Below, in pieces: positions 50,455 through 63,900 of a stretch of DNA of 64,000 bases. A program made the translations under genes and the position numbers. Numbering within the stretch: position 1 is the stretch's first letter; the number at the start of each line of letters is the position of its first letter. Under the pieces are notes generated by a model. The model had not been told where the DNA came from and ran no database searches. It worked only from the letters and a program-made list of their open reading frames with translations. This DNA comes from Eledone cirrhosa (taxonomy: Eukaryota): contig OZ024741.1 of NCBI GenBank assembly GCA_964016885.1, positions 157,480,001-157,544,000 of the forward strand, in the 5' to 3' direction.

Positions 50455-51393
50455 AGAATGCACTACCCAACACAAGTTAGTTATTAGTGACATCAAAATA
50501 AATACAAGACAGAACAAGACACGTAGGAAAATATGGAGACAGAAGATCTGGAAGCTAAAGGACTTTTCGGTTAAATAAAGGTATAGGTTTAGAAAGGCCC
50601 TACGTGATGCACTTGATGAGAGAGATGACAAGCTAGATACATATAATGTAGAGGACAACTGGAAATTCTTAAATGACAACCTTTTGCAAACTACCGATGA
50701 GACTTGTGGCTGGAGTAAAGTGCCAGCCAGACAGACGGTGACATGGTGGTGAAACACCATTAAAGCCAAGAGACAGTCATGAAAAGACTGGAAAAAAAAT
50801 GGGGGCTAGCTGAGACCAGTACCAGGTAGCTAAGAAAGTTCGGAGAGAGGCTAAAGAAAGTAAATTTGCCAATGTCTTGAGGCGCAAGGACCAAAGACAT
50901 GAAGTGTTCCATTTTGCAAGTGTAAATTAAGATGTTGGTGGGGGAAAACAATGGCTGTATGACCCCTGTGTGCAAAGTGCGATGCTGCATGGTAGTGAGA
51001 CATGGGTTGTAACTGCAGAGGACTTGCATAGACTGGAGAGAAATGAAGCAATCATGCTTCATTGGATGTGCAATGTAAATGTGAGAGAAAGGCAAAGCTT
51101 GGACGAGCTGAGGGAGAAGCTGGGTTTATGAGGAATTTGAGGTGGTGTACAGGAGAGAAGACTGTGTTGGTATGGACAAGTGATGTACATAGATAATGAC
51201 GGCTAGGTGATGAAGAAATACCAAGAAATCCCAGTGGAAGGAAGCTGCAGTAAAGGAAGACCAAGGAAGACTTGGACAAAGGTTGTGAGAGCTGACCTCA
51301 AATGGCTAAGACTGGCAGAAGAGATGACAGAGGAATGTAACTCGTGGAGAGATGCCATGCTGAGAAGGAATCATCCAATGAAGATGATGATGA
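50455..51393 (+). mobile_element. RTE copy lacking the whole RT core
   Basis: Endonuclease end and linker (ECTTQHKLV..IWKLKD..ETCGWSK..TWW) joined near 50950 to MLHGSETW..GRPRKTW and (GAT)n. Confidence 0.8.
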
Positions 51394-51442
51394 TATATAT
51401 ATGTATAGGAGAGGGGGGGGGAGAAAGATATATATATCTATA

Positions 51443-51934
51443 TATAATAACTAGAGATTGATTAACATATAAATAAACATGAATAATCACAGGAGATAAT
51501 TTTTACAAGTGTGTAACCACACATAGCTAGGTAGGTAACTAAATAAAGTTGACCAGAACTTCAAAAATAGATACCTTATAATATGATTAATCTTCCCTGT
51601 ATATATTCCATAAAGAAATATATTTCACCAATTAATCAGATGGTAAACCACAGGAGTGGAGACTTGGATTTTCAACACGGATTGCTGGAACTTCTTCCTT
51701 GTTGAAAATCCAAGTCTCCACTCCTGTGGTTTACCATCTGATTAATTGGTGAAATATATTTCTTTATGGAATATATACAGGGAAGATTAATCGTATTATA
51801 AGGTATCTATTTTTGAAGTTCTGGTCAACTTTATTTAGTTACCTACCTAGCTATGTGTGGTTACACACTTGTAAAAATTATCTCCTGTGATTATTCATGT
51901 TTATTTATATGTTAATCAATCTCTAGTTATTATA
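51443..51934. repeat. 234-bp-arm inverted repeat in a TA-flanked module (to about 52060)
   Basis: Arms 51443-51676 and 51701-51934, 24-nt spacer; one mismatch seen, CpG-type. Confidence 0.92.
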
Positions 51935-52139
51935 AAATGCTCGGACCTACTGATTAGAATCTTAGAGCTTATTTTCCGGGTGATATGGCGCATGTCTTTC
52001 TGGCATGACACCCATAATTTTGATTTAGATTAAATTCATTTGATTTATCTTAATTTTGGATATAGATATATATATATCTATATATATATATTTATAAAAA
52101 GGTGAAGAAGCTTATATTTTCTCAACTCCATTTTAATTC

Positions 52140-52212
52140 CTATTATGCTGCATTTCAGAGGTAATGAATAGCTTAATAGCTTCTTGTTTATCACGTCACT
52201 CATCAGATGATT
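52140..52212 (-). ncRNA. Degenerate hammerhead motif
   Basis: CTGATGA..GTGAT/ATTAC..GAAATGCAGCATA; weak stems I and II. Confidence 0.4.
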
Positions 52213-52292
52213 TTATTTTGGTAGATCATATTTTGTATGGTATACGTCCATGTAGTATATAGTCTTTTTAAGTTGACTCTAATCACCATTAA

Positions 52293-52512
52293 CCCTTTAG
52301 CATTCACATTACTCTATATATACTATTATATTTTCATGGTAAAGGCTTTACCTCGCATAATTATCTCACATAATATCGAATCTATGAGATTTTGAAAGTA
52401 TTTATTTTCAGAACAATACCTTAACATCAGTTTGAGCGACCGGTTACAGCCAGTTTCAGCAGAAAGAGGTAGAGAATTCTGGCCGGTTTTGGCTGATTTG
52501 AACATTAAAGGG
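52293..52512 (+). mobile_element. piggyBac-type MITE
   Basis: TTAA TSD and CCCTTTA/TAAAGGG termini. Confidence 0.88.
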
Positions 52513-52560
52513 TTAACATTTATTATTCCATCTGTTGTTGATGTTTATATATATATATAT

Positions 52561-52812
52561 CAGGGGCGAAGGCTGCGTGCATGCAACACATGCAGTGCAT
52601 GCGTTATAGAATCTTGAGTTGATCAATTGCGTCGGTTGAAGCAAGCAGAATTTTGGCTGCTTACTAAATCGTAGACACATAAAAAGATAACACACACACT
52701 AGATAACACTGCATGCGGCTTTGACCGGGAGGGTCATTTAGAGGGAATTGGGGGGGGGGGGGGGGTAAGGCTGCACGGCCCCACTTTCCGCCATGGTTAC
52801 CCTTCGCCACTG
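52561..52812. mobile_element. hAT-like MITE inserted in (TA)n
   Basis: TIR CAGGGGCGAAGG / CCTTCGCCACTG (11/12). Confidence 0.7.
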
Positions 52813-52864
52813 ATATATATATATATATATATACATAATATACTGTATATATACATACATATAT

Positions 52865-53035
52865 ATATGAAAAATTCAGGACCCCGATGGCTGAGCTACT
52901 GCCATTTCGGGTCTATCTATTGAAAAGGCAGGAGCTCAGCCACCAGGGTCCAAAATTTTTCATATAATCCACACTCTACTACCCCAAGTATCAAGTACTC
53001 TGGTGAGTAAGGGTTTTTACCGCTTCTATTCTGAT
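52865..53035. mobile_element. pLTR-like module with imperfect fold-back
   Basis: Arms about 52865-52903 and 52922-52965; TA-flanked. Confidence 0.45.
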
Positions 53036-53185
53036 ATATATATATGTTTATCTCGGGTTCCATCAGGGGTAACCACAGTAAGTAAGGTACTCAATACATA
53101 GCAGAGTATAAATATTTAATATAGAAAGGCTTCTACAGGACTAGAACTGTTTCATTCGGGAGAAATCATCTTGAAAGCTGACTGT

Positions 53186-53239
53186 TGGCTTTCCTGATGA
53201 TTTCTCCCAAATGAAACAGTTCTAGTCATGTAGAAGCCA
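53186..53239 (+). ncRNA. Type-I hammerhead motif in fold-back module 53045-53242
   Basis: TGGCTTTC-CTGATGA-TTT..AAAT-GAAACAG-ttctagtc-ATGTA-GAAGCCA; the inverted arm 53125-53170 preserves the perfect ACAG/CTGT stem III. Confidence 0.7.
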
Positions 53240-53718
53240 TTTATATATATATGTGTGTGTATATATATATATGTGTGTGTGTGTGTATGGAAGAAAAAGA
53301 AAGTTGAGAATCAGTAGAAGAATGGAGGACTGTTCTTTCTTTCCATTTGATATCATTCAATTATTTATTCATTTGCTCATCCATTAATTCACATATTTAA
53401 TGACTTGTTCCACCATTTAATCCAAGTTACAGTTTTAAATAATGGAGGGGAATGGGATCTGAGGAGTGAAACTGTTTTGTTGTGTTGTAGTGTTTCTGGT
53501 AATGTTGTTGTTGTGGCTGTGGTTTTCACATGCTGCTGCCGCTGCTGCCATCGTTGTTGCTGCTGTTGGTGTGTTGTTGTTTATGCTGCTGTTGTTGTAT
53601 AAGTGGGTGTAATATGAGAAACTAATTTTAGAACCTTGTGTTTCCGGGACTGATAAGACATGACCATGGTCTGTGGAATTTTGGGGAGAGAGAGGAAAAG
53701 AGATAGAGAGAGAGGGAG

Positions 53719-53752
<34 letters not shown>

Positions 53753-54096
53753 TTATATATAGGGAATGAGAATGAGTGGTGAGAGAAGGGGTGGGAGATG
53801 AGGTGAAAGTGAGAGGGGGGTAAAATATATGCAAGACAGCGAGAGACATGAACAGTGGAAGATGTATGTGAGTGAATATATGTGTGTGTGTGTGTGTGTG
53901 TGTCTGTCTGTCTATGTGTGTGTGTACGTGTACATTTAATAAGGGTTTCGTTTATATTGCCGCATTCTGTAAGTTTCAAGATTAAACAATAATTATTTGT
54001 TTAATAGGAAGATCTCTCCAATTAGCCCACCTATTAGCAAAGGTCCTCCATTGAGTAACAGTCTCCCTATTAGCAAAGTTCTTCTTCCCAGCAAAA

Positions 54097-54720
54097 AAAA
54101 TTAAAAAATTCCTAGAAACACACAAGATCATTAAAAGTAAAAGGCAACCTAAATCACTAAAACATATTCTCACTGGAACAAATATACAGAAACCAATCTC
54201 CAGCCTTACGGTAACAAAATGCGGAAGAACAAACTGTGGCACAGGTCTATACTTAACTGAAGGACAAAAATTCACATTTAAAGATGGCCAAACTTTCACA
54301 GTGAAAAGCAACTTCACTTACAACTCAGAGAACCTGATCTACGTAATCACATGCGGTGGTTGTCGACATAACTACATAGGACAGGCGAGTGTGTCATTAC
54401 GCAAAAGAATGACCATCCATCGCCAACAAATCCGAGACATAAATACAAGAAAAATCCACTTGCGTAACCACATTGCAGATTGTGCAAGAATGACCCTACC
54501 CAACTTTAAAATCTTCCCCCTTTACCAGTGCTCTGATTCTTTCACACAACAAGAAAGAATAAATAAAGAAAAACTATTTATTAACAGATTTAAACCAAAA
54601 TTAAATATGTAATCAGCCCCATTAGATTCTCTCTCTCACACACATACCACAAAATAAGAAAGAAATTGCTCATACACATATTTTCCAAAAATTCCTTATT
54701 GAAAGCCACCACTGATGCTT
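54097..54720 (+). mobile_element. Neptune-like PLE 3' fragment (Cys linker plus GIY-YIG)
   Basis: KSKRQPKSLKHIL..KCGRTNCGT..NLIYVITCGGCRHNYIGQ..LRKRMTIHRQQI..KEKLFINRFKPKLN; stop at 54612. Confidence 0.85.
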
Positions 54721-54782
54721 TGCTCTTTTTTTTTTATTTCCCACCACAAAGGGACCTGTGACAGACAAACTAAAGCACACAC

Positions 54783-54896
54783 ATGGGAACTTTTATATGC
54801 TGATTATTTGGCTCTTATAGCTGAATCTGTGGAAGAACTGGAGTAAAACTCCTGGCTGTGGAAAGATAAATTAGAATCAAAATGGCTCAGAGTAAG
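54783..54896 (+). mobile_element. RTE RT micro-fragment
   Basis: WELLYADYLALIAESVEELE. Confidence 0.7.
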
Positions 54897-55979
54897 ACCT
54901 TTTAAAGCTGTAGAAATTATTTGAAAATCATAAGTGGTGTGTTTCATTAGAAATATAAGCAATGAAAGTGTTAAAAGGAACATATCTATCACTCTAGAAG
55001 ACTATTTTCATTGGCATGATATATGAACATATTCAAATTTATCAATTCTGTTTGTGTTTAGACTCGTTGAAAGATTAGTCCTGGAGAATGCTTAGTTTTA
55101 GCAGTAAAATTAGTGAGCATTTTATCTTGGTTCATCTTTGGCAAGAATATCTTATATCTAACCATCTAGTGAGCAATTTTGGAGTTTGGATACTTCTGTG
55201 TCTCTGTGTACATTTATATGTGCATTAGTGAGAGTGAACGTATAATTTGTATGTGTGTATGATTTGTGTGTACATGTGTGTGGTTTGAGTGTATGTATGT
55301 GTGTTATTTGTGTATGTTGGTATATGTTTTGTGTATGTATGTCTGATAGTATATGTGAATGTATATGATTAATTTTATGGATTGTCTGTGTTTGAGAATG
55401 TGTAGCTTTATGTGTGTAACAGAATATGTGGTTTGATATACATGTGTGTGGTTTTATATATATGTGTGAGGCTTGATGTGCATATGTGTGTGGTTTATGA
55501 GTATATAGTTTGTGTGTGCATGTGTGTGATTTGAATGTACATACATGAGAGTATATGGTGTATGTGTGTGTATGAATATGTGTGTATCTGGTTTGTGTAT
55601 GTGAGTGTGTTGTCTGTGTAGTTTGTGTGTGAGTGTATGAGTATAAGAATATCTATGTTTGTCTGGTCTGTGTATATGAATTTCCTTGTGTTGCTTTTTT
55701 TTACTAAATCGTAGATAAGACATTTAAATGTTTCCAGTGCGATAGCATTAACAAGATATGCTGTATTTAGAACATCTAAATATCCCGTCATATTTCCAGG
55801 ATATTTTCCTTTAATGAGATAATTTAACTACCCATCCCTAACTTTGTCTTATCTCTCTTATCCTGAACTCATCTCACCAATCCACTGGTGTCATATCATG
55901 AGGGCATCATGGACAAGAAACTACCAGTTCTTTCATCATTATAATCATCATATTCAACATCATTATTTAACATTCTTTT

Positions 55980-56170
55980 AGGGCGGTGGATTGGCAGTAT
56001 CGGTAGAGGGTCGTCCACCATGCTTTGCAGCACAGTTACGTCCCTTTACGGACTGAGTTCAAAACTCGCCGAGGTTAACTTTGCCTTTCATCCTTAAGGG
56101 GTCGATAAAATAAAGTACCAGTAATACACTGGGATAATTGCTGGCCTTGTGCCAAAAGTAGAAACAATTA
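55980..56170 (+). mobile_element. SINE family 1, short variant
   Basis: Full length; TTATTTAACATTCTTT appears on both flanks as a TSD inside an old RTE tail. Confidence 0.9.
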
Positions 56171-56485
56171 TTTAACATTCTTTTTTTCCATGCTGGTTTG
56201 GTTTGGAGGAGTTGTCACAAACTAAGTCACTACATAATCAGAGATACTGTCAGCCCAGATGGGTTGTGAGGCAACATCTTATTTACGTACATTGCAGTTT
56301 TCGCATGGCTTCTACAGCTGGATTCCCTTCTTTTCACAAACTCCTTTACAGAGTATACTGGATGCATTTTATTGTGGCACCAACACTAGGAAGATTGCCT
56401 GTGCTTGACCCAACTAAAGAGTGATCTCACCTCTTTGTTTGGCATAATTTCTATGGCTGGATACCCTTCATTATTTTCATAAAGG

Positions 56486-56672
56486 ATGGATTGGCAGTAT
56501 CGGTAGAGGGTCGGACGCTATGCTTTGACGCCTAGAGTTACGGTCCTTGCCATTCTGAGTTCGAATCCCGCCGAGGTTAACTTTGCCTTTCATCCTTACG
56601 GGGTCAATAAAATAAAGTACCAGTAATGCACTGGGTATTTGCTGGCCTTGTGCCAAAAAGTAGAAACAATTA
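56486..56672 (+). mobile_element. SINE family 1, short variant
   Basis: ATTATTTTCATAA on both flanks (TSD). Confidence 0.9.
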
Positions 56673-57020
56673 TTTTCATAATGTTTATATATTCCTAGCG
56701 ATGGCGTAAGGCTGTGTACCCTCAGATTGTCTTATTTATCATTAGCCCATTAGTTTCCTAGCCTGTCACAGCTTTTGGAACTAAATCAGATATTTTAGTA
56801 TAGTAAACCCTCATAAATAGCTGGTACTAAATTATTTAGACACTTGATGTTATATCTATTTTACTCTGTATCTATCTATCCCCTATTGGTGATTTCGATA
56901 GTTAAATTTTTTACACGACTGTATGTAAAATCCCTGGCATGTGTCTTCGTATTGTCCCCTTTTCTTGTGCACCCTTGTGGCAAATAAAGAAATATATCTG
57001 TCTATCTACCCACCTCTATC

Positions 57021-57095
<75 letters not shown>

Positions 57096-57984
57096 CATCT
57101 TCATTTAACGTCCATCTTCCACGCTAGCATGGGTTAGATATATATATTATAAAATTAATGAAGATCGTTGGTTTTAAGTCACCAGCCTCTAGCCAACGTC
57201 TAGCTCAATCAATGAATCTGCCAAATTGCAATAATGCAGTTGCAGTCAGCTGTTCAGAGTGCACACATTTAGTTAATAGCAGGTTTAGTTAATTTAGTTA
57301 ATAGCGGTGGCTGTGTTTTGGTAGAGAGAAAGTTAAAATTCTCAATATATACTCGTACATATAAATATATCTACCTCTCTACTTATTCTCATACCAATAC
57401 TCCTTTTGTTTTGCTTACCTACACTAGAACTGGCCTCCTCCCTCTCCTTATCTTACCATTTCTTTACTCCATAAATTACCTCCCCTCTACCTCCTCCCTT
57501 GATATTGGTGATTATTACATCTACCTCTTATTTAAACTAAGTTACTTTTATATATAGGGATATGAAACCACATTAGCAAGACATACTTGAAAAGTACAAA
57601 GCAGCAATATGATTACATTATATAAAAATTAAAATCTGAACATTTTTACAATGATTTGTCCACTAGTAAAATGCTATAAACATTTGAATTAACAAACCAG
57701 TTTTTATATGCAACATTTAGAAAATATTAAATATTTCATTAGAAAACATTAAATATGAAAGTCTCTCACAATAATCTGCCCACTAGTAAAGATGCTATAA
57801 ACATTTTGTTTAACAAACCCACTTTTAGCTATTTTCTACTAAATAATTGTCAAGGGTTAAAGGAACAAGTTAAAAGTTGTGATGCTGTTAGGATATTTCC
57901 TTAATTATGTTCTTTTGGGAACAATATAGTTGCTTATTTGCTAATAACTGTAATAACTACAAGAAAATAATATCACTGACATTG

Positions 57985-58230
57985 CTACTACCAGCACCAC
58001 CACCACCACCAATAACAACAACACTAACAACAACACCATCAATGACAACACCACCACCAACAATGACAACCATGCTAACAACAACACTAACAACAACATT
58101 ACTACCACTATTACCATCACCACCATCAACAACATCACCACCATCAACAACATCACCACCAATAACAACATCACCACCATCATCAACAACCTCATTACCA
58201 TCACCAACACTAACAACAGTATTATTATTG
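57985..58230. repeat. (CAA/CAC/CAT)n tract
   Basis: Direct inspection. Confidence 0.85.
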
Positions 58231-58713
58231 TAATTAGTACAACTTTGAAAGTGGGTTAATTTCAGATTTCCTGGAAAGAAAATCAAGCTATGAAAAATAT
58301 TGCCAGATGTTTAAATGTCATAAGATAGCGGATGGTCTTAATATATATATCTGCTCAATTTCCTTGGTGTTAGCATCATAAGTAAAATGTAGGATGATCT
58401 CAATACATATCTCAGCTCAATTTCCTAGATATTAGTAGGTTATGTTCTCTGATAGGATTGAGGTTGAGCCTGTGGCAGTGAGAAATTTCCAGCAGTCTTT
58501 GCTCCCTAGACAACATCCCTATTCACTGCTATCAGAATGGAGCTGGCTACCAGCAAGATCAAGTCTAGCAAGTTGGAGTAGCTGTTCCAGTGCATCTTGC
58601 TCACCTGGGACCACAATGCAGTCTAACCCTTAAAGATGTAGTACAAAGCCATACAATTTTTAATTCCCTCCCCGCACCCACTCCAAGCACCTTTATTTTA
58701 TTTTTTATTTTAA

Positions 58714-58924
58714 CTCTTTAGCATTTACATTACTCTATATTTACTATTGTATTTTTATGGTAAAGGCTCTACCTCAAATAATCATCTCACATAATATCGA
58801 ATCTATGAGATTTTGTTATTTTTTATTTTGAGAACAATACTTTAGCATTAGTATGAGTGGCCAGTTTGAACAGAAAAAGGTGAGAGAATTCTGGCCAGAT
58901 ACAGCCAGTTTAAATGCTAAAGGA
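58714..58924 (+). mobile_element. piggyBac-type MITE
   Basis: TTAA flanks, mutated TIR ends. Confidence 0.82.
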
Positions 58925-60279
58925 TTAACGAGAATATCAGTAACAGAACAGGAAGTGAAGGGAAAAGATTGTAAAGAAGTATTGGTAGTAGCATGAATCA
59001 TAACAAGACTTACCATTTATCTATAAGAATGTTTCATTACAACAAATTTTTTTTACCCCATGAATTTCGTTATAACAGAATTTCACTGTACTAATATATA
59101 AATACCTTTGTGTATTTGTCTGTCACACACTAGAAATGACTGAGAAAGCAAGGGGTGATTACGTCGACTGAGGAAGAAAGGGGTGAAGCCAAACTGAGGA
59201 ACGAAGGGGTGATAACATTGACTGAGAAAGGAAGAGTGGCAGTGTCTAATATCCGCTTCACCTGTGTGTCTATATGTATAGCGAATTGGCTACACACATT
59301 GGCTGTTATGATTATGTGAGTGCTTATGTGTGTGTATGTGTGTTTGTGTAAATTACATTTATATATAATATTTGTGTGAGTATATATGTGTTTGTGAGTG
59401 TTTATTTAGAAAGATGCATAGACAATAGAATTACAAGCACACACAAATCTACACATACATATATATAAACAGACACACTTAGATAAAATTATTATTACAT
59501 GCACACACATATATGTGATGACTGAGGAAGGAGGGGGTGAGAAACTATAGAAGTCCAGCATTCTAAGATTCATCACACTTGTGTGTGTGTATGTGTATCG
59601 ATTTGGCTATACACATTGAATCACTTGTGTGAGTGGGTGTGAAGGAACCAACCAACAAACAAACATCTCATTTTTTATGTTATGTATACATATTACAATT
59701 AGTCTTCATTTTTGACTGCTTGGGGCCAGCTAGTTTTTGTCAATGACTTTTCATGACATCGAGTAATTTTGTATATTGAATGAATAATCTTTAGTATTCT
59801 AAAAAATTGTAATATAGTTATAAGACATTCATACATTTAGGGTCTGGTATATATTCCTGAAATCTTGGTGAATAGGCAGGATATTTAATAACAAAAGTAT
59901 GTCCTGCTCAGAGATGCAGTGGAATGCTTGTTGGAGGTTTGAAATTACGATTTAGACAAAAAGTGAGCATATGAGAGGGAGAGTGAGAGAGAGACTTACA
60001 GGGTATAAGTGAAAGAGAGAGAGAGAGAGAGAGAGAGAGTGAGAGAGTATGAGAGATATTGTGAAAGAGAGTAATTGAGAAAGAGTGAAAGAGAGATTTA
60101 GTGAAAGAGAGTGAAAGAGGGAGACTGAGACAGTGTATGAGAGAAAGAAAGAAAGAAAGAAAGAGAGAGTATTAGAGATGTAGTGAGAAAGAGAGTAATA
60201 TAATACTTTGAGAAATTATCTGGTACCAATTAACAGCTGTAAGACAGTTACTATTCAAATTCAAAGACCACATTATGTA

Positions 60280-60600
60280 GGTATATAATGGCTTAGTGGT
60301 TAGGGTGTTTAGTTTATGATTGTAAGGTTGTGAGTTTGATTCTTGTTATCGCATTTAGTCTTTGAGCAAAACATTTTATTTCATGTTACTCCTGTCGTCC
60401 CCTCAGCTGCCAAAATTGAGTTGTACCTGTACTGTACTAGCCTTGTCACACACTATGTCATGCTGGATTTCCATGAGAATTATGTTAAGGATACACATGT
60501 CAGTGGAATGCTCAGACACTTGTATGTTAATTTCACAAACAGACTGTTCCATTAATCAAACAATTGGAACATTTATTGTCAAAACTGATGGAGCTTCAAC
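60280..60600 (+). mobile_element. Old tRNA-derived SINE with family-2-like head
   Basis: TGGCTTAGTGGTTAGG, GAGTTTGATTC, CTTTGAGCAAAACATTTTATTTC. Confidence 0.6.
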
Positions 60601-60835
60601 ACACATATAGTAGCTAACATTAACAGCACAAATCACCCAATAAAAAGTTGTTACATGCTTTCCTTCGCTTGTTCTGTGTTTCTGAAGTACAAAACCTTGG
60701 GTGGATGCTGCCTTATGATCCCAGTGGAGAGAATTGTAAAGGCATTACCTGGGAGGGTAACGAGGAAGTTCCTGAAAGATAAAAATATGTGTCCTGGTTA
60801 CAAATACAGTGAAATGTTTGTTGTGAGTTTGAAAT

Positions 60836-60894
60836 TATAATGTAGCAAATGAGAAAATAATGTAGCAAATGAGAAAATAATGTAGCAAATGAGA
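60836..60894. repeat. 20-bp tandem repeat x3
   Basis: ATAATGTAGCAAATGAGAAA. Confidence 0.9.
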
Positions 60895-61482
60895 GAGAAT
60901 GACAGTAAAGGCCGAAGTAGATGGATAGAAAAAGTTTTCCGTGGCTATCGAATAGATATAATCCAACCAAATCATACATATCTGCCCTATCAAAAAAGTC
61001 GCTTGTGTTGTTTTTTTAACCCCCATCAGTGCCCTCACCGATGAGGAGGCATTATTATCTTACGGTCTTCACTATTTATGGATTGCATTCTATCTGTGAA
61101 ATCTAGAGTTCTCTCTAAAAGGTTTCTGGAGTTTGAAAGGTCTATAAAGTTCCATTGGATAAATCTGGTATTTCCCTTATCATTGAGACTATTAAACCAT
61201 CTAATTACTTCACTATGCTAGATTAGTAACCTTCTTAATATTGATATTAATAAATTTTCGTATGTTTTGCTATGCCACCTTCAGATTTGGCCAGTTTATT
61301 AGTCTACACTTCAGGCTGGAAGTGAAATTATCTTTATGATCCTTGATGGTAATAATAGTATATATATAATAGATATTTATGTAATGTATCTTCTTGTTAG
61401 TCTTCTTGTTAGCTCTCTCACTACTCACACACACCTATATATATCATATATATATATCAAGACACACACATATATATAATTA

Positions 61483-61607
<125 letters not shown>

Positions 61608-62039
61608 TATATTTTTCATCTTTCTCTGTGTGTTAGTCGTGATTTACTGTCAAGATAAGTTAATCTGCATTTCCCTAATGCCAGGAAGCAAGCAAGGGTA
61701 GGTAGCTGGGGAATAGTGGGTTGGACATGCTATAAAATATATATCTTAAGCTAAGACATACAAAGTGGTTATAAAATGTCTACAGAAAACAGGTGATTTA
61801 TCTCCCTTATGATGAAATGAAAAAAAAAATATATGTACATACTGGCATCCACACGGTTTTTAGTTCAGTCCCACTGCATAGCATCTTCAGCAAGTGTCTT
61901 TTGCTATCTTGTCTTGTATTCACAAATGCCTTGTGAGTGAAATTTGCCAAAGAAATATGTAGAAACCAGTTGTATATATATAAACAATAGTAATAACTTG
62001 AGAGATCAAACTTGGTTAAGATATGCCAAGAAGGTTTAA

Positions 62040-62578
62040 AGACGTGCAACCAAGTGAATACCCCCCATCAGGCATCTACCATACTCTGAACGCCTTGCTT
62101 CCCTGGGCATCGATACATTGAAGCTCTGACATCTGGCAACTGACTTGGTAAACACCCACAAAATCATTAACCATCTTGCCAACAACAACACTGAGTACCT
62201 TTTTGATTTCCATGTGTCTAACACACGTGGGCATGGATACAAAGTCAGAAAAGAGCACAGCTCCCATGATTTTCGGAAACATTTTTTCACGCTCAGAATT
62301 GCTGAAGCATGGAACAAACTACCTGCATCAGTTGTTAGCTGTCGAGACACTGCATCCTTTAAAACTTCCATGCTTCCTGAGATTCGCCAACACTATACCT
62401 GATATCCCCCCCTCCCCCCCATATAAACACGCACACATGTATTTCATGACTCGTACACTGTTCATTTTCCTGACATTTGTACATTATTCTATCTACTATT
62501 CATGCACCTTTGATGAGTTGTAGTGCACCTGAGCACTGTACACAATAATTTCATTATTATTATTATTATTATTTATTA
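62040..62578 (+). mobile_element. CR1-clade LINE 3' fragment
   Basis: RRATK..LPYSERLASLG..TRGHGYKV..FFTLRIAEAWNKLP; (ATT)n tail. Confidence 0.9.
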
Positions 62579-63057
62579 TGTTCCTATAATCTGCAAATAG
62601 AATGAACTATTTCTTCCAAAGAGTAATCAATAGAGTAATTTAATCCAAAAGACGGCATGCATGCATGCCTCTATCTATACAAATTCAGATACATTGTTAA
62701 ATAAGTGATCCCTTCAAAGCATGACTGAAACCAGCAAAAGAATAAAAGAAAAAAAGTATTATTTTTATGACTTAGTCAGAAGAGGACAAGCTATACTACT
62801 GAAGCATTTGGAGGCCCTCTATGACTGATGGTTTAGAAAAACAAAAATACCTCATAATCATGAGTCTAACACTCTAACCACTAAACCACACAACTTCACC
62901 AAGGCCATGCTCCTTCACCAACACCCTACCCCTTCACCAACACCCTACCCTTTCACAAATGTTGCCCCCCTTCACCAATGCCATAGCATATCACCAATGT
63001 TACACCTCTTCACCTAAGCCTTGTGTCTTCATTCAAGCTACACCCCTTCATTTAATA

Positions 63058-63900
63058 CAAAGGTTCTCAACGGGAGGCATATGCATCCTCGGGGAGCGTT
63101 TCGGAACTCCAAGGGGCGTTTGGAGCTGGAGGGGGGATAAGGGGGCGCTGGAAGGCTCTTTACTTTGGTAAGTTTTATAAGCCATATTTGTATGTCTTTG
63201 AGACAGCCAGTGTGAATGCATTTGAATGAGCTTGCAGACAGCATAACTATAGTCTGACCGCAGCTGTGTGCAGGCGTATCTGGTAATTGAGACATTAACT
63301 GGTAATTGAGATCCTAAAAATGGGAAAAAACACAGTCAACTGGGTCAAGGACACTTTGAGCGCAGCCAGTTAGAATCTTATCTTTTCTTCACCGATAACA
63401 ATGTATTTCATAGCTAACGTCGACGATTTGGACGTTAACTTTCAGGAAGAATTCATTGAACTTCAAGCAGATGACATGATCAAAATTAGATTTCCCAAAA
63501 TAGGTGAACCCCTTTTTGGATTGCAAGAGGAAATTCAGCATTGATTTCCACACCTACATGCAGAGGCTAAGAGATTTGCTCTGCCTTTTCCAAGCTCATA
63601 CTTAGTCGAGAGGAGGTTTGGTGCCGTTTCCAGACTGCACAGTAAGGCTCGCAACTGCTACAATGTAATTACACGTGGAGATCTCTGGCTACATCTTAGG
63701 AAAATTGAGCCTTATGTCAAAGAGTTAGCTAGACTCCATGAAGCTCAAGGGTCCCATTGAAATGAGTCAAAGTTAAAGTAAGTTGATTTATCCGAAAACT
63801 TGGATATGCTATTGTTACAAAGCAAACTAACAATTATTTTATTTGTAGTTGCAGTCTGACTGGACTGGAAACCATCTACTATAATTCAATTACTCATTTG
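63058..63900 (+). mobile_element. Internally deleted hAT (Buster/Charlie-like) transposon
   Basis: Left end CAAAGGTTCTCAAC; ~63400-63760 reads FQEEFIELQAD..LPFPSSYLVERRFGAV..RGDLWLHL..HEAQGSH* (hAT dimerization domain, with a frameshift and a stop). Confidence 0.8.

Noticed and set aside
60655-60840. Possible CR1-like RT remnant
   Set aside because: Resemblance is too weak to support a call.
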